64,000 bases of DNA, taken from Antechinus flavipes. Lineage: Eukaryota. Shown here one piece after another: positions 11,891 to 25,370 of the stretch. The notes below the pieces were generated by a model. That model was given only the letters and a program-made list of their open reading frames with translations. It made no database searches and was not told the DNA's origin. The position numbers and the translations under genes are program-made. Where the stretch lies: positions 13,578,001 through 13,642,000 of the forward strand of contig NC_067398.1 of assembly GCF_016432865.1 (NCBI RefSeq), in the 5' to 3' direction. The number at the start of each line of letters is the position of its first letter. Within the stretch, counting starts at the first letter, position 1.

Positions 11891-13491
11891 GTAAAGATGG
11901 GGGGCAGCCGGAGCAGCCCCGGCAGAATGGGGGAGGGGAGAAGGGGACCGCAGGCTTGGTGGGATTTGCAAAGTGACTGTCCGTGCCTTGAGGACGTGTT
12001 TTCATCTTGCTCCAGATGGTGATGGGAGGAAGCTACCTTGGAGGCAGGTTTGGGCCAGACTTGTAACAGCCCCAGCTGTCAGCCTCCACTGAGGTTGGGA
12101 ACCTCCCTCCGGGTTCACACCGGTCTGAGGGATTCTTGTTCTGATGCAAGGTCACACAGGGGGCCCTTTCCACCCTCGGGTTCTGCATTTCTCTTTAGAT
12201 GTTTTCCCAAAATAAAAGGAGTCTCTGAAGGGGTTTGGGAGGAGTGTACCTGTTGTGAAACTGATAGTGGTACAGGAGGATGCTTCTCTGCCAATCACAT
12301 GGAATTTGGAGTCCGGGGGACATGGGAATCCCACTGTGCTCCTCACTGCTTGTGTGGCTGGGGGCCGGGCTCACGCTCTGAGCCTCCATCTCGTGAAATG
12401 CTCTGCCTAACTTAGCCCTAAGTCCGTGACCCTGTGAAAGGACTCTCCGTGGTTCCTGAATTAGGAAAGGATTGATTCTGAGTCCTGTTTCTGAGCTTCC
12501 CTGCTCCCTGATGCTTTCTTTAAACTGCCCTATTTGGGAAGCTGGGAGAGAGTAGCTTCAGTGCTGGGCTTCAAGAGCCCGGGTCAGGGGAGTAAAGCTG
12601 AATTTTCACTTTTTGAAACTGATATTGGCCAGAATGATCCCCACGCCCCTCAGAAGGAGACCGGGTCTCATTTCCTTTGACTTGTTCCCTTCTAACAGCT
12701 TTTCTTAGGAAGCAGGATGCTCCTGAATGGGGGAATTGGGAATGGAGCTTAGGACCCGATGGCGCTGGAACAGTCAAGGGCAGAACAATGATTTCTGCAG
12801 TCCTCAGAGAGGAAGGGAGTCTTGCAGAGCGCCGAAAGGCCTTGCCAACAAGGAGGAGGCTTTCCAAGACTCCGTCCGCACACACAGATGTTCTGGGCCT
12901 TTCACTCTGTGTCAAGAACAAGAACCAAAATAGATAATATATGAGATCATCTCTGCAGCTTACTTAACACAATGTGCCAATGCAGTGCTCATCAATAATA
13001 ATTTCTTATGTTAATGTTAGAGCAGTGCAGGGATAGAAGCTCTTGGAGAAATAAGATGGCCTAAGGGAGATTTTCCCTGACCTGAGAAGTGAGGCTTTTT
13101 GTCTCTAATCTGAAGAAATTCTGCTTCCGTGTCCCACCCGCATCAGCACGTTATTTTTGGTGACTGAGACTCGGATGGAATTGATAGAGTAGAAGCAATA
13201 TTAATAATATCCCCAGCAGCCTAGATGCAGACTTGGAAGGAGCTTTAGAGGTTACCTGGTCTGCCTCCTTTTGCAGATGTGAATCCTGAAGCCCAGAGAT
13301 AACAAGGGATCTTTCAGGTAGCAAATAGAACCAGATTTGAACCCCGGGTCACAGCTGCCAAACCCCGGTGCTCTTTCTAAAGTGCCATGCAGCCTTTTTA
13401 TTTTTTGAGACCAGCCAGCCCTAGCTCATGCAGCCTGAATTTGCCATGGCCTCTCACAGGCTCCATGAAAACCTAAACCTGCTTCATTTTT

Positions 13492-13945
13492 ATTTATTTT
13501 TTAAAAAAGTTTTTTTTAATAACTTTTTATTGACAGAACCCATGCCAGGGTAATTTTTTACGACATTATCCCTTGCACTCAACTTCTGTTCCGACTTTTC
13601 CCCTCCCTCTCTCTACCCCCCCTCCCTCAGATGGCAAGCAGTCCTATACATGTTAAATAGGTTACAGTATATCCTAGATACAATATATGTGTGCAGACCG
13701 AACAGTTTTCTTGTTGCACAGGGAGAATTGGATTCAGAAGGTAGAAATAACCTGGGAAGAAAAACAAAAATGCAAATAGTTTACATTCATTTCCCAGTGT
13801 TCTTTCTCTGGGTGTAGCTGCTTCTGTCCATCTTTGATCAATTAAGGCTCTCTTTATCGAAGAGATCCACTTCTGTCAGAATACATCCTCAAACAGTATC
13901 GTTGTTGAGGTATCTAATGATCTCCTGATTCTGCTCATTTCACTT
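13492..13945 (-). mobile_element. Young 5'-truncated dasyurid-type L1 with intact TSD
   Basis: Perfect 13-bp TSD CTGCTTCATTTTT (13479-13491, 13946-13958), T-rich tail on the + strand, L1 3'UTR body. Confidence 0.9.
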
Positions 13946-14139
13946 CTGCTTCATTTTTTAACGTGGCAGCCTGTGGCATTCAGCAGACTCAGTATAAACA
14001 TCCAGTCAGTGTGAACCAGACTCAGGCTCAGCATACTTGCCTCAGCCAGGACTTAGGGGTGCACTTTCACAATCTTTCAACTGGACCCTAGCGACAGAAT
14101 TGCCACCCTGGATTTTTTTTTCTTTTTAAACTTTTTAAA

Positions 14140-14900
14140 AGATAATACCTTGTTTTTTCCCCAATTATATCTAAAAACAATTTTTAACCTTTGTTTTTTT
14201 AAAATTTTGAGTTCTAAATTCTTCCCTTCTTTCCCTCACTACTTTTTGAGGTAATAAACAATCTAATACAGTTTATACATGTGCAATTATGTAAAACATT
14301 TCCATATTAGTCATTTTGTGGAAGAAAACTCAAAACAGTAAAGAAAGTGGAAAAAATTGTACATTGTGGTCTGTAGTCAGACTGTATCAATCAGTTCTCT
14401 CTCTGGAGGTGGAGAGCATTTCTCATCACGAGTCCTTTGGGATTGTCTTGGATCATTGTGTTGCTGAGAAGAGCTAAGTCCTTCCCAGCTGTTCATTGTA
14501 GAGTGTTGCTCTTTCTGTGGACAGCATTCAGATCATAGCCTTTTCACACATTCCCAGTCATTAGATATCGTCTTGATTTCCAATTCTTAGCCGCCCCCAA
14601 AAAGAGCTGCTATCCATATTTTTGTACTTATAGGTTCTTTGATCTCCTTAGGTTTTAGACTTAGTAGAGATATTGCTGGGTCTGCTTTCTAGCCCTCTGG
14701 CCTTGATTTCTAATTGTTCTCCAGAATGGAGACTTACTTTACCAGTTTGTAGATTTTCCCCAGTTGTAACTTAATCTGATAGTGGTATTTCTTCCCCCGT
14801 CCTAAGATGTAGCAATTGACTGATATATGTTCTCCATTGTAAGCTTATTTTTAAGAAGTTAAAAAGTCTAGTTCATGTTTCTTTAAGCAGCAGAGGCTCT
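14140..14900 (-). mobile_element. Older L1 3' fragment
   Basis: L1 3'UTR and ORF2 C-terminal antisense text. Confidence 0.65.
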
Positions 14901-16591
14901 AGGGCTTCAGGCTAACTGTGGAGGCCCCATTACCTGGTGATCTTGTGTATCCTGTGTCTTACTTCTTGCACTTGGAAGTTCAGTGTGTTGCATGTTTGCT
15001 GAACTGCCCCTGAGTTCATCACATAGTGGACATTGCTGCTTCCTGAAGGAGGCTTTCCTACTTCCCGGTGCTGGTCAGGGGCCCTCTTCCCATCAGTCAA
15101 GTACTTTGCACTTAGGTTATGCCCAGAGAAACCTCTGCGCCCAGCAGAGATTCTGGCACAGACGAGGTCCTTGTAAAGGCTTTTTGATTGGTTGAGCCCC
15201 GGGCTGAAAAGCACCCCCTGTTTTGCCCATCTCAGCAGGGTCCATCAGCCCAGAACAATTCATCTATAAGTTTGATTTTTTAAGTGTTTATTTATTGTTA
15301 TAAATAATAACAATATTATTTGCCTGTGATACTTTTTGCTTACTAGAAATTAACCTTCACATCCTTATTTATGCCTTATTTCAAGTAAGCTGAGTTGCAA
15401 GTTTTGAATTTATAGATATATAAAGTAGATCATGTAATGAGCACTTATTAGCTGGGCTGTGATGTTAGCCACTTGATTCCATTAGGGAGAAATATTCCAA
15501 AGGGAAAACAATCTCCCTGGGCACAGGGGCGGTGTGAGGAACATCTGGGCTGATGATGGAGACCACAAGGATGATGTGGGGAGTAAAGTTCTGAGGGCGC
15601 TTCCCTACGGTGGCAGAGGCTCATAGTACATAGTAACCTCCTCGTCATCAAAAGCATTTGAAGATTTTTCCCCCTTTAGTCTTTTTAGTGAATCATTGAA
15701 AAGACAATTTTAGGCTTGTAGCTGATTTTCCTGAAATACACATATACACACTTGTTACAAACACACATACACACCCACCCACAAAATGAGAGTATCTAGA
15801 GGGATCTTTATGACTTATTTATTTTTCCCGTATGTAGTTCAAGTCACATATAAATCTAGCAACTAATCTTGCCATTTTCCTCTGTCCTACAGATGACTTG
15901 GTGAGAGTTGTCTGTTATGTGAAGGAAACATACCCTCTGCCCAACATGGTGGCCAGTATTCGGTCATTTCCCAAACATCACTTCATTTTTCTGTCTCTTA
16001 CTTCCCTTTCCTCTCCCTTGGACCGTTTCTTCTCTTCTCTCTCAATCCCCCCATGTCTCTGGCCATATGTTGTAATCCGCCTCTTCCTCCCTTCACTCCA
16101 ATGATTGAGGCTCCCTGATGGCTTCTGCTCTCCACCTTGCTCTCGGTCTCCCTCCAGTGATCTCTCCCCTTGCTTGCCCTTCAAGTCCCCTTGTTACAGT
16201 CCCGATCGTATTCAGCCTTGGGTTGGGATTACTTGCATACATGGTTTATTGGCAGGAGGCCGCCACGGCATCCTCTTCACCTTTCTCCCTTCCCCAACCC
16301 CATCACTGTGTCCCTTTGGAACTTTTGCCTCTGGCTCCATGGCTTGGTTTTTTTTTCTTTCCCTGATTATGTTTGGGGTACCTTAGATTCCCTTAGGTTC
16401 CCACCGATAGCCCCTTGAAAGCCATAGGAAGACGCCCAGAAGGGCCCAGAAGTGAGCAGAGAGCCTGAAACCAAGGCCTGCTTTGTCGAGTGTTAGCCCA
16501 AGAGTTCCCCGCTGCCTGGGTTTGTCTGAGTATTTGATCCTTCACAGCCTGAGTCTTGCTGGGAAATGACGCTCTCCTTCTGATTTCCTAG

Positions 16592-16659
16592 GCTCCACCA
16601 TCAGAAGGGCCAGACTCCCAAGAGACCAAGGTCCCCATCAGTCTAGTGCTAAGGTTAAG
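16592..16659 (+). CDS. OXSR1: OXSR1 coding exon (start of CCT/PF2 domain)
   Basis: tcctag|GCTCCA...TTAAG|gtaagt; APPSEGPDSQETKVPISLVLRL(R). Confidence 0.95.
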
Positions 16660-19545
16660 GTAAGTCAGTCCCTGCTTTGAAGACACTGACCTGCCTATTG
16701 TGTCCTAGAGGCTCACATTTCCCCCAAGGCTAGCAGAAGCAAGCGGGCCTGTTGGTTGGAAGTCTTATTTACACCCCAGAAGTAAAGGTCATCACAGCAG
16801 GCTGCCCGACCCAGGCCTGACCCAGGATCAGCAGGATGTGCTTGGAGGAGTGGCTCCTCCGTGGGCATCCTTCTGTTTCCCAGGACCATCAGTGCCAGTT
16901 ATCTGCAGAAGAGCTCTCTGGGGCAAACGTGAACAACTTTGGCTTCACTGGCACCGAGTGAGCCCCACGAGGGGATGATACGGAAAAGGGACACCCCATT
17001 GGCTAGAGATTACCAGGCATGTATGTGTGCCTTTGGCCCTTTTGTCTACAAATAACTCATTAGTTTGGAAGGGCCTCTTGGGTGGCCACGAAGCCCATGT
17101 GGACGAGGGCGCTGGCGTGGCTCAGCCAGCTGGTGGCCGGGGATCACTCTGCTCTTTGTTTATCCTCATAGAATGAAAGGTATATTGTAACGCCTTAGCA
17201 TGTCCGTTCTTAGCTGACTTAAAAACCGAACTTGGCCAAATGTGACTTGAGGCCTTTTCCCCGAGTGAAGCCGACACAAGATCCCAAAGACTGCCGGCTT
17301 CATTCTTGCTGTTGGGCTTGGGCCTGCTGTTTCCTAGCAGGGCTGCTCTCCTACCCCAAGCCCCCCAGCGGCCCCTTGGTACATTGGGTCTGTCTCCAGG
17401 AACTCGTTGTTTTAGATCGGAAGCCCCTGGAGAGCAGAGAGGGGGGCTTCTGCTCTTGAGCCTAGCAGATGCTTAACCAATGGTGCCTACATTGAAATTT
17501 CATTGACTGGCCCTTGGCAAGTCTGCAGGGCCACGAGCCTCACCTGGAATAGAGGTGAAGCCTCAGGGCGAGTCAGGGAGATCCAGCCCCCCCCTCTCCT
17601 TGCCCAGAAGAAAAGCAGTTTACTCGGGGTCAAAAGATCTTGGTGAATCAGCCTGAGAAACTGCATTCGGATCCTCAGATGCCACATTCACTGCCTCACC
17701 CTGCCTTCCCGCCCCCCATGAAAAAAGCCGCTTTCTAGAGTTTCTTGAGTCAGTTTTAGTTATGTCACCTTCTCTGGTTGCCACAGAAAAAGTTATTCAA
17801 GAGACTCCCAAAGATGGACAGAGAGAGTCCTACCTGATGGTGACATTTTAACACACATTGAACAACAGTGCCCTTTCACTGGCTCAAGCCTTGGAGATCC
17901 TCTGGAGAACTGAACCCCTGTTCCAGTATCTGAGTGATCGCTGCTGTTTTGTCCACTTGTGTGCTGGAGTTACATGGTGGATAATAAGCATTCATGAGGA
18001 TTGCAGTTGATATTTGTGGGGAGAAGACATTGTAAAGGATGTGATTTGGCTTTTTGACACGTTGGGTGCTGAGGAGAGCTAGGTTCTAGAGCAGCGTCTG
18101 GTGGCCAGTAGCAGGCGGGGGAGGCCCTGCTATCCCAGGCTAACATCTTCTAATAATGTTTATACATGTGACATTCTGACTAATTTTCCACTGTGTGGAT
18201 GTGAAGAAAATGAAACCGGCAAATGGGTCTTAACCTCCCGGGGTCTTAGATGAGAAAGCAAGGCCTTCTTCCACGGACGTTCCATGGAGTCAGTGCAGGA
18301 CCAAAAGAGTGGAGCACAAACTGTGCGTTCCAGTGCAGAAGGGGAAAAGTCTTTATGGAGGGGCGTTGGACAAGAAATGTGTGTATCACGTCTTGAGCCA
18401 GTTAGCCTGTCTTTGCTCGCATTTTAGGAACGATGATTGTCAAGTGTGCAATTTGATATGCCTGCCTCGACCCCCCAATGGTTTAGGGAGAAGGGACCAG
18501 GGTCCTAACAATGTGGACTTCTGTTGGGAATTCTCCTTGGCCAGGAGCCATCAGCTATTTCTTGAAATCGAACGAGTTGCCCTTTGGTGCTTATTTTGAT
18601 TTATAACTGTTCACAAAGAGCCCTATGAAGGGAGTTAAAATATCCCTGTTTTACAGAAAAAACATGTTTCAGAGAAGTTCTGGGTTTTGCCCAAAGTTGC
18701 ACAGCTAGTTAATAAATAGCACAGCTGGAACCTGCATTCAGAGTCAAAATTCTGACTCCGTGGCTATTCCATGGAAAAAGAGATTAAAAGGAGCCCTTCT
18801 CTCTAGTGAGGAGCAGGAACACATGCAGCTTGGTCATATGGCTGGGAGGGCCCATTTTCTAGGACACACTCTCCATTCTGGCCAGGCTCTGGCCAGGAAC
18901 CTGGTGGGTTTTGCTCACACGCAGTGGAACTGGTCCCTTCCCTTTCGCGATCTTGCTGAGGAACCAGAATTTCTTCTCTGTTATTTTCCCCTAATCCCAT
19001 CAGCTGCAAATTTGGCATCAGATTGTACCCCCATAGGAAACCTGATGTCTACTCAAGAAAGCAAACCCGGGGCTACTTGAGCCACCCACGTGGTCTTTCC
19101 GCTCTCCCCGGGCCCACTGTCTGCAATAGGGAGTGGGCTTCTCAGTCTGTCCTTCTCTCTAAAGGCTGAGGGCTTCCTTGTGCTAATGTTACTGAGCTCA
19201 TCCAGGTAATTAGGCATGGGCCACACCAGTATTTCTGTGACATCCAGGTTAAGCTTAATTGAATAGAGATCATCTGGAAAGTCACACGCAGAGGTTGCTG
19301 ACTCCCCCAGCATGCGTGTGTCGTCCCATTCCCCCCCCAACCCTCCCTTCGTTCATAAAAATGATGCTCCGCCCCAGCCTGCCCCCAACCAGATAGAAGG
19401 GAAGTCCAAAAGGAGTCCAGTCTCCCCCAGCAGCAGAGAAAGCGGATCTCGGAGGGGAGAGAAGCTTTTCCGGGCAAAGCTGGCGCCGGCCTCCGGCTGC
19501 ATCATCAGACTTCTGGTTTGACATGTTTTCTCTTCTCTTTCACAG

Positions 19546-19598
19546 GAATTCAAAGAAAGAACTTAACGATATCCGATTCGAATTTACCCCAGGGAGAG
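19546..19598 (+). CDS. OXSR1: OXSR1 coding exon
   Basis: cacag|GAATTC...GGAGAG|gtgagg; (R)NSKKELNDIRFEFTPGR(D). Confidence 0.97.
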
Positions 19599-20889
19599 GT
19601 GAGGTAACACAGTATGATGAAGGAAAATGATTTCCAGTGTGTCCTGTCATTGCTTGCCTAAGAAGTAGAAAGGCATAATCCTTTAGGGGATTATGTGCTC
19701 AAATCTTGAAACAATGTTTGATGTTTTAAGCTTAAACAAGCATTGCTTTGGGAGGTAGGAGAAATTGTCTAGGTTCATAGTTCCTTTTGACTAATAGCAA
19801 ATACAAGTTGGATAATCAAGTGTCAGATAGTAAGTAGAGTAGAGTTTTGAGAGACCCGGCTTTGGATCCCAGCCCAAACACTGACTGCGTGATCCATCTG
19901 AAAATGGGGCAAATGAAAGGGCCGTCACCTGCTTTACAGGATTGTTAGGAAACTTGGCAAACATTTTATCTGAAGGTGAGTTTTTGTGTGAAGGACCCAG
20001 GACTGAACCTTGCTGGTGGGGATCTTTTTTTCTCCCACCTATAAGATGTGTGATGAGACTAGATGAGGATTACAGACAGGGCAAAAGGTGGCAGTGAGCA
20101 AGGTAACGCTGAGCTGGCTTCTGGGAGAACGGCTATTTGTCCTGGCCAGCCTACGTGCCTTTATTTGTTCCCCGGTTTCTCTCAAACCATCACCCACTGC
20201 CAGGGAGGAAATAGGTTCGTGTCTTGTTTGAGGTTTGTAAGGGCCAGCCTGGTTGGGCAGAAGTGTACGGATTTCAAAATCCCCGAGTTCTAAAGGACCC
20301 TTGAGATAGGATAGCAGGACACACACTACACACATATGTAGGCCTAAGGCATCTCACTGACAATCTCATCTCACCTGAACTAGAGCAGAAAGCGTCCCCG
20401 TGACACCTTCTCCCGAGCCTCCCGAAGCCTCCATTTGAAGATTTTCCTGCAGGAGAAGTGCATTCCTTCTTGGAGCGCTCTGATTATTAGGAGACAGTGT
20501 CTGGCCTTGAGTAAAATCTGCTTCTCGGCAGCAGCCTCCCCTTTTCTCCCAATCCTTCCCTCTGTGACCAAGCAGAAAAGTGGGATCCCTTGTCCACGGC
20601 CTTGGTCATGTTCCATGGCTTGAAGACAGAACTTTGCTTTGAAACAGACCTGTTTCCTTTAACTGTTTCTGAGGATGGTGCATCTGGGCTTCTAGATACC
20701 CTCAGTCAGGAGCCATTAGACAAACAAGGGGGGGGTGGACCCATCCCCTCATCCGATGGCAAAGATGGAAAGTTGGGGAAATAAGTGATGTAGAATCTGA
20801 CAGGTGGACCGAGTGCCTCGTTTGGCTCCATGGATGGGATCAGCCATTCTGGTCACAGAACCAAGTGTTCAATTACTTTGACTTTGTCA

Positions 20890-21380
20890 TCCCAAAAATG
20901 GACAGAAAGAAAAGCTCTAAATATGTGGAAATATTCATAGGGACGCTTTTTATAGTAGCAAAAAGCTGGAAAGAAAGTTAGTCATAAATTGGTGTGCCTG
21001 AACAAATTGTGCTAGAGGAATGGAATATTTGGCAGGCTCTAAAGAATGACAGATACGAGGACTTAGAAAAGTAGGAAAGCACAGGTCCGGAGCTCCAGGA
21101 GCAGAACCAGGCCAGAACCAGGCCCAGTGACTGCAAGGTACATGAAAACAATACTGAAAAAACAGAATGCAGATGAATTCGAATAACGGGATCTTTCTTT
21201 TCCAAATGCCCGATACTTAAAATCACTTTTTGTCTTCTCCATTAATAATGGCAAAGCACAGGCTTCCCATCCTTTCTACCGGATTCTTTGCTAAACAGAA
21301 AGAAAGATCAGGGTTGGGGGAAGGGGGATTGAGGTAATACATGAAAACAAAGATACATCAATAAAACATTTTTTAAAAGT
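20890..21380 (+). mobile_element. Old L1 3' fragment
   Basis: aaaatattcata-like/gtagcaaaaagctggaaa motifs followed by 3'UTR text. Confidence 0.55.
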
Positions 21381-22749
21381 AATGAGGGACTGGGTGATGC
21401 CGGATAAGTCACTTAACCCCAATTGCCTCAGCAAAAGAAAAAAAAAGTAACAACTGAGGGCCAAGACCAGACCCTGGGGCCCTTTTGCTCTCAATCAGGG
21501 CATCTTCCTGCTTTCCTCCAAGCTTATGGGAATTGTTGATTTTTGATGCATTGTATTTTATTGGTATGTTCTGTTTTGACATAATCAGTTGCCTCTAAAC
21601 AACCTCTCTCACATATCTTTTAAAAGAAAAAAAAACTATACAGTTAAACAAAACTGCCTGATAGCAGAACTGACCGCAATGCAATATTCTGTCCTAAAAG
21701 CTCACCATTTCTAAGCTTATGCGAGTCTCGCCCGCAAGCTTTGCTGAAATCTCAGTGTCCTCAGCCTGCAAGCGCTCGCCTGGGTCAGAAAGTAGGCTTT
21801 TTGTTGGATGAGATCCGTGCTTGCCTTCGGTCATCCTCCCCTTGCTAGCATGCTGGTGGCCGGGCCCACTTGTCTTGTTACCTGGGCAGAATCTGTTCCC
21901 ATCCTCCAGGATGTTCCAAAGATTACCTGCAGTCACATCAGCCCAACACAGAGGCCCGGGGCCTGGTAGATGTTTAATAAAAGCTTGTTGACTTCCCTTG
22001 ACCATCTGCCACTTCTTTATGTACTTGAGGCTGCAGTTCAGCTTGGCCTGGAGACTTGCACTCCCAGACAATCCCTCGAGGCTGCCCAAGTATCTTCGCG
22101 CTTATCTGGTGTTTTCCATCCCAGACAAACATTCTTTGTTCTGTCCTTGTCAGTTCAAAGAGCAATCTCCTCGAAAAGAGAAAACGATCAAAACTGAGTG
22201 GAGAAGCAGAAGGGCTCCAAGGGCCGAGCGTGGCCCGCTCTCTGAGGGCGGCCACAGTGGGGGCTCTGGGAGGCTTCATCCCCCTTCACTTCTCACCCCC
22301 CAACTGGGTTCAGTTGCTTTGTAGCTTTCAGTTCCATCACTCAGCTAAAACTGGTGTCTCCGGGTGACCAAGGTGTTGGTCTCCCATCCCAAGAGATGCA
22401 GCGTATTTTATGCTTTAGCCTCTGCTGTTCAGGCAAGAAGGCGGAGGGTCCTCTGCTTTACAAGGAGGGAAGAGACAGCAGAGAGCAGGGGCAGGCCCAG
22501 CTTGGGGGTGGCAGAGCCAGGCCCGAGTGCCCGGCTGCTGACGCTGGCCTCCATGCTGCCTCTCGGCAGAAGCTCCTGGTTGGAGGATGGGGTCTGGGGG
22601 GATTGGCTGAAGGTTCCTGGGTCCCCATGCTCCTGCACGAGTGACCTTTTTTCCTTTGTAAGGAGCTGAGACCTCCTTATGCCTCTGGAGAGCCCGTGGA
22701 GTGCTCCGGCCGGTCCTCAGGGCACCGTGTCTGTCTCTTGTCTTCACAG

Positions 22750-22818
22750 ATACGGCTGATGGCGTGTCCCAGGAACTCATCTCGGCCGGCCTCGTGGATG
22801 GCAGAGACCTGGTCATAG
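22750..22818 (+). CDS. OXSR1: OXSR1 coding exon
   Basis: cacag|ATACGG...TCATAG|gtaacg; (D)TADGVSQELISAGLVDGRDLVI(V). Confidence 0.97.
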   Translation: MRLMACPRNSSRPASWMAETWS

Positions 22819-23369
22819 GTAACGGTCACGCTCTGCTCCCTCCCCTCTGCCCCTGCACGTCTGGGGGAGGGCATCGGCACGCCGGGGCTTGGGGACGGTC
22901 ACAGACAGACTCCGGGATGCTGAGCTGCCGTGCCATTAAATGAGCAAGGTCCCGGGAGGCCTGAGGGAGACCCTCGGCAAACCCTAGCAAAGTCATGGAG
23001 AGAAGCAAGTTTGGGAACCCTGGGGGCCCCAGGTGCCATCAGCCTCCCGGTTCTGCAGGTGGCTCAGAACTGGCAGCGCCGCGGTCCAGGAAGCAGAAGA
23101 GGGGGGTTGTGGGGAATGTGTCCGCCTGGGCAGCTTTACTTTGGACTGGAGGCTTCTCCCTCCCCCCAGGCAGGCACGAGCCGGCTTTTCTGAGGCCAGA
23201 TGAACCGCGTCCAGGTGGCGCAGCGCGGTTTGGGGGTGTTTCTGCGTTGGGCGCTGCCGCTCAGAGGGGATTGAGGAGAGTGAACTGGGCCGCGGGACCC
23301 AGTCTGGTTCTGGTTCTGTGTTGAGCACAGAACTGGTTTCCCTAATGTTTTTTCTTTGTGTGATTGCAG

Positions 23370-23434
23370 TGGCAGCTAATTTGCAGAAAATTGTGGAAGA
23401 ACCTCAGTCAAATCGCTCTGTCACTTTCAAACTG
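23370..23434 (+). CDS. OXSR1: OXSR1 coding exon
   Basis: tgcag|TGGCAG...AAACTG|gtattc; (V)AANLQKIVEEPQSNRSVTFKL. Confidence 0.97.
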
Positions 23435-23470
23435 GTATTCCTTCCTCCCTCCTCCCCCCTCCCTCCTCCA

Positions 23471-23736
23471 TCTCGCTTTATACATGTAGGCCCTATAGTC
23501 CTGCAGCCGTGCTCCCTAGTGGGGCTGTGGTAATCCTGAGTACTTCCTGCCCCCCCTTCCCCCCTCCCTCCTTTCTCTTCTCTCTTCCCTTCCTTCTGTT
23601 TTCTCATTCCCCTCTTCCCCCCTTCTCCCTCCGCCCTCCTCCTCCTCCCTTCCTCCTCCCTCTCGCTTTACATACGTAGGCCCTGTAGTCCTGCGGCCGT
23701 GCTCCCTAGCGGGGCTGTGGCAATCCTGAGCACTTG
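23471..23736 (+). repeat. ~76-bp direct repeat in pyrimidine-rich spacer
   Basis: Copies at 23471-23546 and 23661-23736. Confidence 0.9.
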
Positions 23737-24041
23737 CCCCCAGCAGACCTTGCCTGCTCCTCCCCAGAGTGCCTCCTCCCCATCCCCCGCCTCCCTGCTG
23801 TGCTCAGGGAAGAAGACTGAGTGATCCTAGCCCGGGTCCCCTCAGAACCCCGGCTGCTCCACTCCCCGTCAGTCTCCCCCTTTTCCTGATCACGTAACTT
23901 GGGGGCGGCTCCCACCTGTCCTCGAGGAGGCCGCAGTTGCCTTAGATTCCCTTCCAGTCCCTCAGCAGGCCACGCCTTAAGTGAGCTGCTCTCCGGCCGG
24001 TGCCCCCCGACATCCGGGCTCTCCTTCTCTTTGGTCCTCAG

Positions 24042-24116
24042 GCGTCCGGCGTCGAAGGCTCGGATATTCCCGACGATGGCAAACTGATAGGATTTGCACA
24101 GCTCAGCATCAGCTAA
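24042..24116 (+). CDS. OXSR1: OXSR1 last coding exon
   Basis: ctcag|GCGTCC...AGCTAA; ASGVEGSDIPDDGKLIGFAQLSIS*. Confidence 0.97.
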   Translation, partial: ASGVEGSDIPDDGKLIGFAQLSIS

Positions 24117-25171
24117 GCCACGGCCGCAGAGGAAGCTTCCCCACGGAGAACCCACCCGTCGTATTCTATCGCTCTGTTGGCCTAAAATCCACTACTGCCA
24201 AAGAACCCAGGTCCGCCCTCCCCCTCCCCCGTTGGATCACCACTGTCTGGCGCCGCCTCACCAGAGTCGCCGCCACGTGCTCCGTCTGCAAGCCGATGAC
24301 CTGCACAAGCCGCATCTTTCCCTTCCTCCCGGACACGTGGACCGGAAGCCCGCGGCCGCCAGGGCCCGTCAGTCCCTTATTGCCTTACTTGACAACCGCC
24401 ACGGAGCCCGAGGCCCTCTCCCTCCCAGCACCACGGGATGCCCAGCTGGCGCGGTCTCCGCCGGCGTCCCCCGGCCTGGGGCACGGCCACCCCCGAGGCC
24501 GGGCCCGCGCGCTCTCGCCGCCGCACTATAGCCATGAAAGAAAGGTGGTCGGCTGGAGACCGCAGAGTCTGCTTGTGGATCACTCCCTTTGGTCCTGGCT
24601 ACGTCCTAGCAATCAACACAAGGACACCATAAGCACAGTCTCCAGGGTAATTGGCTTGAAATTTTCCAGTTTTATTGATCACGTTCTTGAGAATTTTTCC
24701 GGGGCTCCTCTGCCGCGGCCTCTCGGGCGGCCGCTTCCCGGTGACTCTTCCCGAGGGCGCCTGGGGCCCAGAGACCCTCGGGTCCGGGTCACACAAGTTA
24801 CTTTTCCCCAGAGGGACTATGAGCAAATTGTTACTTATATCATTGGGAAAGTGGTGGGTTTCGCCACTTAAATAAAATGAAAAGAAACTTCCCCTTGGTC
24901 CCCACGTCTTTCCTCCCCCGAGACCGACCCTCTCGGCGGCGAGGGAACGAGGCTGAGGCTTTCACAGCAATAAAGGCGAGTCCGCTCCCGCCCTGCCTCA
25001 GCCCGCTCCGGGACGTGCCCGGGACTTGTGCAGAAAGGACCCAGGGAGCCGCGTGCAGCACAACGTGGGAGCCGTCGGGGGGCGGGGGGCGTTTTCTACA
25101 CTTTCACAACTGGCCTTCATATCCTGCGGTTGGCACCCGGCCCAGCCTCGTCCCAGGCGGCGGCGGCCTCC

Positions 25172-25370
25172 CCAGGAGGTCCTCGCTCCCCTCTGCTGAG
25201 CCGGGTGGGGAAGGGGCAGCTGTGACGGGAGCCAGAGACCTCCCAGCGGGGGTCGGGGGGGGGGGCTCACCAGGAGGTCCTCGCTCCCCTCTGCTGAGCC
25301 GGGTGGGGAAGGGGCAGCTGTGACGGGAGCCAGAGACCTCCCAGTGGGGGCCGGGACGGGGGGGCTCGCC
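25172..25370 (+). repeat. 98-bp tandem duplication in the OXSR1 3'UTR
   Basis: 25172-25246 is identical to 25270-25344. Confidence 0.95.

Noticed and set aside
19600-19700. ATGATGA C-box-like motif after an OXSR1 exon as a snoRNA
   Set aside because: No properly placed CTGA D box or terminal stem found
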